Below, piece after piece: positions 59,365 through 64,000 of a stretch of 64,000 nt of DNA. Within the stretch, counting starts at the first letter, position 1, and each line of letters begins with the position of its first letter. The position numbers and the translations under genes were made by a program. The stretch is from assembly GCA_963676915.2 (NCBI GenBank), contig CAXXVK010000068.1:32001-96000 (forward strand), in the 5' to 3' direction. The notes under the pieces were generated by a model. It was given only the letters and a program-made list of their open reading frames with translations. It did not search any database and was not told where the DNA came from. The DNA is from Myxococcota bacterium. GTDB lineage: Bacteria; Myxococcota_A; SURF-8; G963663525.

Positions 59365-61050
59365 ATGTTAAAAATCAGACTGATGCTCATCTTGGTGGTG
59401 GTGATTTTGATTGCGGGACTCGGAAGTTATTTCCTGTTGAGCCGAAACAATACGGAAACCATCCACGAGCAGATGAAGGAAACTTCGAGAATTGCGGTGC
59501 AATTCCTGCAACTTGAAGTGTCTTCCAGAATGCAGAAAACCACCCATCAACTGCTGGGACTTTCCAACAAAACGGAAATCAAGCAGTTTTTCAGAGCGTC
59601 GCAGCCTGTATCGCCTGGGGGGATTTCTCCTGCGCCGCCATCCATGAAAACGTTGGCGGATTTATGGAAAAACATGTCCCTGGATCTAATCTGGCTGATC
59701 GATAGCGAAGGGAAGATCCTTTATTCCTCGGGTGACGAGAAAGAAAAAGGCGAGTCCGTCTCTGGAATTCCAATCGTAGAAAAAGCTTTGAAAGGTGAAT
59801 ACGCCAACAGTACCAGTATTTTCAAGAACGTGCTGTTTACCCTTTCTGCCGTTCCGGTCTTTTCGGCGACCCAGGAACCGTTGGGTGTGTTGTTTGCCGG
59901 GAACAGCTTTACAGCGGCATGGCTACGAGACCGAAGCAAGCGCTTGGATACCCATTTGGCGCTGTTTTCGGAAAACTCCATTCGTTACCATACGTTGGAC
60001 ACGTTTTCTGCCAATCAGATCGGCATGTTGCTGAAGAAGGAAAAATTCGGTCAATTCAAGGATAATGTCAGTGCTTTCATGAAGGAATACGATGCGGGGA
60101 GCACGGTCAATATCCTCGGAATCGTGCCGTTCGGCGGTGAATTGCAGGATTATAACGTCGGTTTGATCGTTCACGACAAGCATGAAATTCTCGAGTTCCT
60201 GCCGTTTACCAACCCCAACGTTCAAGCCATCGCTTTGGGTGCGCTTGCATTGTTTGTTTTCGGTTTTCTCATCAGCCTCTGGATTCCTTTGAGTTTCAAA
60301 TCCCAAAGTCGTAAACTGGCAGGTCAGATTGCAACCAATCTTTCCTATTCCGCTGAGGGAAGTCAGAAGGATTTCGATAAGTATATCAATGAGTTGAAAC
60401 CCATTATTGAAACTATCATGCAGTATCTGGCACAGGACCGAAAGCGTTCGGAACTGACTCGAGAAACGTTGGGAATCGGGAACAACCTCACCGAACGTCT
60501 ATTGGCCACTGTACCGCGCAAATCCACAAAGGAAATCAAGGAAGCCGTTGCGGAAGGAACTGTAGACACCGCAGCAAGCGGTGGTGTCGGATCGTTAGAC
60601 GAGTTGGATTCCGTCGAGCTTCCCCCGGATAGTGAGAGCAACCCGGAAATTCCGGCGGATACCGTAAGTGAATCTCAAGAGTCCGCTCCGGAAAGCATTG
60701 AAGAAAAAGTCAAGAAAATCAAGAGTTTGTCTTCCAATGCAGCTCCTAGTACAGAAGAGGAGTTAGGGGAAGACGATACGTCCGTAGCCATGACGCAAAC
60801 CATCGCAATCGGTGGCGGGCAGACGATTCCCGACGACGAGGATGTGTATTTCGACCAAGTGTACAATAAATTCCTCGATAAACGGGAGGAATTGGGAGAA
60901 ACCGCCTCGATCAACAAAGAGAAATTCATCGGTTCACTCCGAGCGAATTCCAAGCGGATCAAAGACAAGTTCCTGTGTGAAAAGGTAAAATTCACGGTGT
61001 TCGAAAAAGCCGGTAAGGCTTCGGTAAAAGGCGCTCCCGTTCGAAAGTGA
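59365..61050 (+). CDS. MXAN_5187-family membrane protein (TM-Cache-TM, acidic linker, MXAN_5187-type C-terminal domain)
   Basis: Two TMs flanking LIDSEGKIL...PIVEKALKGE...AVPV...LGVL. C-terminal YFDQVYNKFL.KR.ELGE...F...LRAN..RIKDKF.CEKVKF.V.EKAGKA.VKG.P. Confidence 0.75.
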   Translation: MLKIRLMLILVVVILIAGLGSYFLLSRNNTETIHEQMKETSRIAVQFLQLEVSSRMQKTTHQLLGLSNKTEIKQFFRASQPVSPGGISPAPPSMKTLADLWKNMSLDLIWLIDSEGKILYSSGDEKEKGESVSGIPIVEKALKGEYANSTSIFKNVLFTLSAVPVFSATQEPLGVLFAGNSFTAAWLRDRSKRLDTHLALFSENSIRYHTLDTFSANQIGMLLKKEKFGQFKDNVSAFMKEYDAGSTVNILGIVPFGGELQDYNVGLIVHDKHEILEFLPFTNPNVQAIALGALALFVFGFLISLWIPLSFKSQSRKLAGQIATNLSYSAEGSQKDFDKYINELKPIIETIMQYLAQDRKRSELTRETLGIGNNLTERLLATVPRKSTKEIKEAVAEGTVDTAASGGVGSLDELDSVELPPDSESNPEIPADTVSESQESAPESIEEKVKKIKSLSSNAAPSTEEELGEDDTSVAMTQTIAIGGGQTIPDDEDVYFDQVYNKFLDKREELGETASINKEKFIGSLRANSKRIKDKFLCEKVKFTVFEKAGKASVKGAPVRK

Positions 61051-61064
61051 CCGGCTTTTGGCGA

Positions 61065-61985
61065 TTAATGCCCCGAAAGTTTTTTAAGAAATTCCGTGAT
61101 CCTTTTCGTTGCCTCGTATCCCTGGGCATCGAAAATGTCCGTATGTCCCGCTCCTCGTAAAAACAGGCGGTCCGTAAGCGGTTGAGGTAGTGCGCGAGCA
61201 AGTTGCTTGCCCATGTTCACCGGGACGGTGAGATCGTCCTTCCCGTGAATCACGAGAACCGGAACGTGTATTCGTTCAACCATCGTTCGAGGATCGAACT
61301 GGCTGACTTCACAACCCGTTTTCTGTTCCATTCGTTCCTGAAAACCATGTACGAACCATGAAGCCAGTGTTTTTCCGCACGATGGTGTTAAGAAGTATTC
61401 GGAGATATCATCGAGGTTAACATAGGTCGAGACGAGAATTGCTCCACGGATTCGTTCGTCCAGACCGGTTAGTCGAAGGGCGGCGACTCCTCCCAGGCTG
61501 TGCCCTAAAACAGCTACAGGCGCTTGAAGTTGCGCCAGATCTTGAAGCTGGTCGAGGGCATCGCTCATGTCACTGGTTTCCCGACAACCCATGGTTCCCG
61601 ATCCGCCGCTTTTTCCGTGGCCTCGCTGATCGAACAGAAACACCGCCCAGCCTGCTTTCAACCAGGGAAGCACGCGTTTTCTCCAGGGGAGACGGGAGTC
61701 GGCCCAGCCGTGAGAGACAATCAACGTCCCGGTGGTTTTTTCAGAAAGACGTACGAGTTCCCCGGACAGTCGAAGTCCGTCGCGGCTCTGCCATTCCAGC
61801 ACCAGAACATTGGCTTCGTATTGGTTCCAAAAGCTTTCGGAGGATGGCGCTACCGTACGTGGCGGTTGAGTAAGCATCGTAACGGCGCGATCCAGAAACG
61901 AATCGTAGGCCAGATAGCCTCCCACAGCGAGTACAAGACTGGCGAAGCAAGAAAAAAGTGCTATGGTGCGGGTGCGGCGGCGCAT
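61065..61985 (-). CDS. Alpha/beta hydrolase with N-terminal anchor
   Basis: SHGW, DQRGHGKS, GHSLG nucleophile, HGKDD, GAGH. Confidence 0.9.
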   Translation of the reverse strand: MRRRTRTIALFSCFASLVLAVGGYLAYDSFLDRAVTMLTQPPRTVAPSSESFWNQYEANVLVLEWQSRDGLRLSGELVRLSEKTTGTLIVSHGWADSRLPWRKRVLPWLKAGWAVFLFDQRGHGKSGGSGTMGCRETSDMSDALDQLQDLAQLQAPVAVLGHSLGGVAALRLTGLDERIRGAILVSTYVNLDDISEYFLTPSCGKTLASWFVHGFQERMEQKTGCEVSQFDPRTMVERIHVPVLVIHGKDDLTVPVNMGKQLARALPQPLTDRLFLRGAGHTDIFDAQGYEATKRITEFLKKLSGH

Positions 61986-62030
61986 AATTTATCCTTCAAT
62001 GGAATGAAAACGAATAAAGGATGCCGGAAA

Positions 62031-62702
62031 ATGACCGAACAAAGCAAGGAAAACCGGTGGATTCGAATGTGGTTCAAATCCAACAAAGCATACATCCTCT
62101 GTGACGACCAAGGAGAGCCGGTGATTGAAAACGGGCGAGCGCAAATGGTCTATCACCCCGATGATTCTCGGGTTTACGCCATTTCATCCGCGAATGTCCG
62201 TCCTTTGGACGATCCTCCTCCCAAGCGGGAAAAACCGGCAAAACCTTCGGTATCGAAAAAGACATCTCCGGCTGACGAAAAACAAACCGATAGCCGCGCC
62301 ATCGTGGTGTACACCGATGGCGCTTGCTCGGGAAATCCGGGTCCGGCGGGGTCGGGTGTCGTATTGATCTGGGGAAAGCACCGTAAGGAAATTTCCCGTT
62401 ATCTGGGAACGGGAACGAACAATATCGCGGAGTTGGTCGCCATACAAATCGCGTTGGAAACCATCACCAACAAGAATCTTCCGGTGAAATTGCATACGGA
62501 TTCGAGCTATTCCATCGGAGTACTCAAACAAGGATGGAAAGCGAAAAAGAATCAGGAATTGATCGAAAACATTCGTCAGTTGGTCGCGCAATATCCACGA
62601 TTGGAGTTGATCAAAGTACGCGGTCACCACGGTGTTCCGGAGAACGAAAGGGCCGATGAACTGGCGAGAATGGCAGTAGAACGAAAGGCGGACGGACCAT
62701 AA
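62031..62702 (+). CDS. rnhA: Ribonuclease HI with N-terminal extension
   Basis: YTDGACSGNPG, TNNIAEL, HTDSSY, KVRGH, NERADELA. Start placed at ATG 62031, past the antisense hydrolase gene. Confidence 0.93.
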   Translation: MTEQSKENRWIRMWFKSNKAYILCDDQGEPVIENGRAQMVYHPDDSRVYAISSANVRPLDDPPPKREKPAKPSVSKKTSPADEKQTDSRAIVVYTDGACSGNPGPAGSGVVLIWGKHRKEISRYLGTGTNNIAELVAIQIALETITNKNLPVKLHTDSSYSIGVLKQGWKAKKNQELIENIRQLVAQYPRLELIKVRGHHGVPENERADELARMAVERKADGP

Positions 62703-62917
62703 GGGGGCAAAAGGTTCTTAATCTTGCAAGAAATCTGAAATACTGTGTTGAATTGGTGTGTTAGACGATTTCGCGAGAAATGGATGTGTCGGGGATTGAA
62801 AAAGAAATCGCTTGGAATTCACCAACAAAATCTTGCAGTTGCTTCTTTAGTTGACAACTTATGGTATAGGGATGATAACATAGTATAGGTTTTACCTCTA
62901 ATACTCGGTCGAAAACA

Positions 62918-64000
62918 ATGGCGATGAACCAGTCAAGATCCTATGCACATGACTATGAAAATATAGCGCATTACCGCGTGCTGGAAAAAGTGGCCGAGGG
63001 GGCGATGGGTGCCGTGTTCAAAGCGGTGGACCCAAACCTGGAGATGCCCGTTGCCATTAAAGTGCTTTCTCCGAAAATCGCCAGCGATCCCGAAACGATG
63101 GTTCGTTTCGAACGCGAAGCCAAAGCGGCGGCCAAACTGCGCCATCCCAACATCGGTCATGTGTTTTTCATTGGCAAGACCTACGACAACCTGCCGTTTT
63201 ACGCGATGGAGTTCATCGAGGGAGTTTCTCTGGATGACGTCATACATCGCCGGATGTGGGTGACCGGTGAACAGGTCATGCACATCATGACGCAGGTGGC
63301 CGAAGCGTTGCAACTTGCCGCCGAAAAAGGCATTTTGCATCGGGATGTCAAGCCGGGCAACATCATGATCACCAACGAGGGCAACGCCAAACTCGTGGAT
63401 TTCGGCTTGGCCAAAACGATGGAGTCCACCGACGCCTCGTTGACTCGTTCCGGTGTGGCGATGGGAACGCCCAACTATCTCAGCCCCGAACAGGCCAAGG
63501 GTGAAGCCGCCGATTTCCGCGCCGACATGTATTCCCTGGGGATCACGTTTTTCGAGGTATTGACCGGCCATCTGCCGTACAAATCGGACACTCCCATGGG
63601 TGTGCTGATGAAGCACGTTCAAGATCCGATTCCGCAAATAACCGATTTCAATCAGCAATTTCCGAAACGGGTCGCCAAACTGATTTTGCGGATGATGTCC
63701 AAAAGCCCGCGAGACCGTTTTCCCGACTATCACGCCATTTTATCGGAAATCAAAGACATCGAAGCCGTCGAGCGAAGCTTCATTGCCAGTACCTGGGGGT
63801 TCTGCGAGAACGACCAGACGTACGTCATGGTCAGTAGCACCAAGGAATGTACGATTTGCGGCATGGAGCTTTCCGAGCAGGTCAGCAACGTGTATTATTC
63901 GATCCTGTTGACCGGTTTTCAGGATGACGAAGCCCGCGAAAAAGTGACCAAATACCTCGTACAATCCACCAAGAAAAACGCGGACGAAATCCGGCAGATT
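62918..64000 (+). CDS. Hanks-type Ser/Thr protein kinase (3'-partial; not in ORF track because it runs off the window)
   Basis: Translated by hand: EGAMGAV, VAIKVL, HRDVKPGN, DFGLA, GTPNYLSPEQ, then FCEND...CTIC. Confidence 0.92.
   Translation, partial: MAMNQSRSYAHDYENIAHYRVLEKVAEGAMGAVFKAVDPNLEMPVAIKVLSPKIASDPETMVRFEREAKAAAKLRHPNIGHVFFIGKTYDNLPFYAMEFIEGVSLDDVIHRRMWVTGEQVMHIMTQVAEALQLAAEKGILHRDVKPGNIMITNEGNAKLVDFGLAKTMESTDASLTRSGVAMGTPNYLSPEQAKGEAADFRADMYSLGITFFEVLTGHLPYKSDTPMGVLMKHVQDPIPQITDFNQQFPKRVAKLILRMMSKSPRDRFPDYHAILSEIKDIEAVERSFIASTWGFCENDQTYVMVSSTKECTICGMELSEQVSNVYYSILLTGFQDDEAREKVTKYLVQSTKKNADEIRQI

Noticed and set aside
61524-62030. Long N-terminal extension of rnhA in the ORF track
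   Set aside because: Overlaps the antisense alpha/beta hydrolase; the plausible start is 62031.
62933-63733. 266-aa minus-strand ORF
   Set aside because: Antisense to the + strand Ser/Thr kinase, which has all catalytic motifs.

Overview
A 64 kb bacterial chromosomal segment, probably from a Myxococcota-like deltaproteobacterium (inferred from a MYXO-CTERM-type sorting tail and two MXAN_5187-type proteins). Core content: tkt, a metY-metX-hom operon, sucCD, sucA-sucB-lpdA, dusB, rnhA, four tRNAs (Ser-GGA, Glu-CTC, Gln-CTG, Gln-TTG), three large PAS-containing histidine kinases, vapBC, several lipoproteins and secreted hydrolases, and a Ser/Thr kinase running off the right edge. Best candidate for a new system: at 46-54 kb a TetR / RND / TolC efflux operon is followed by a radical SAM-SPASM enzyme with a probable N-terminal peptide-recognition element. 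Directly after it lies a 47-aa acidic, Cys-rich peptide ORF (53685-53828) that is absent from the ORF track. Its TGA stop is followed in frame by six more Cys codons and a GCGA-loop hairpin that could be a terminator or a SECIS. This is a candidate undescribed RiPP system, possibly containing selenocysteine. Also seen: fused remnants of two recombinase genes between convergent tRNAs, a bipartite REP-like element with compensatory changes, paralogous lipoproteins with different C-terminal domains, and four genes with single-base frameshifts that look like assembly indel errors. All calls were made by eye from the sequence; no searches were run.
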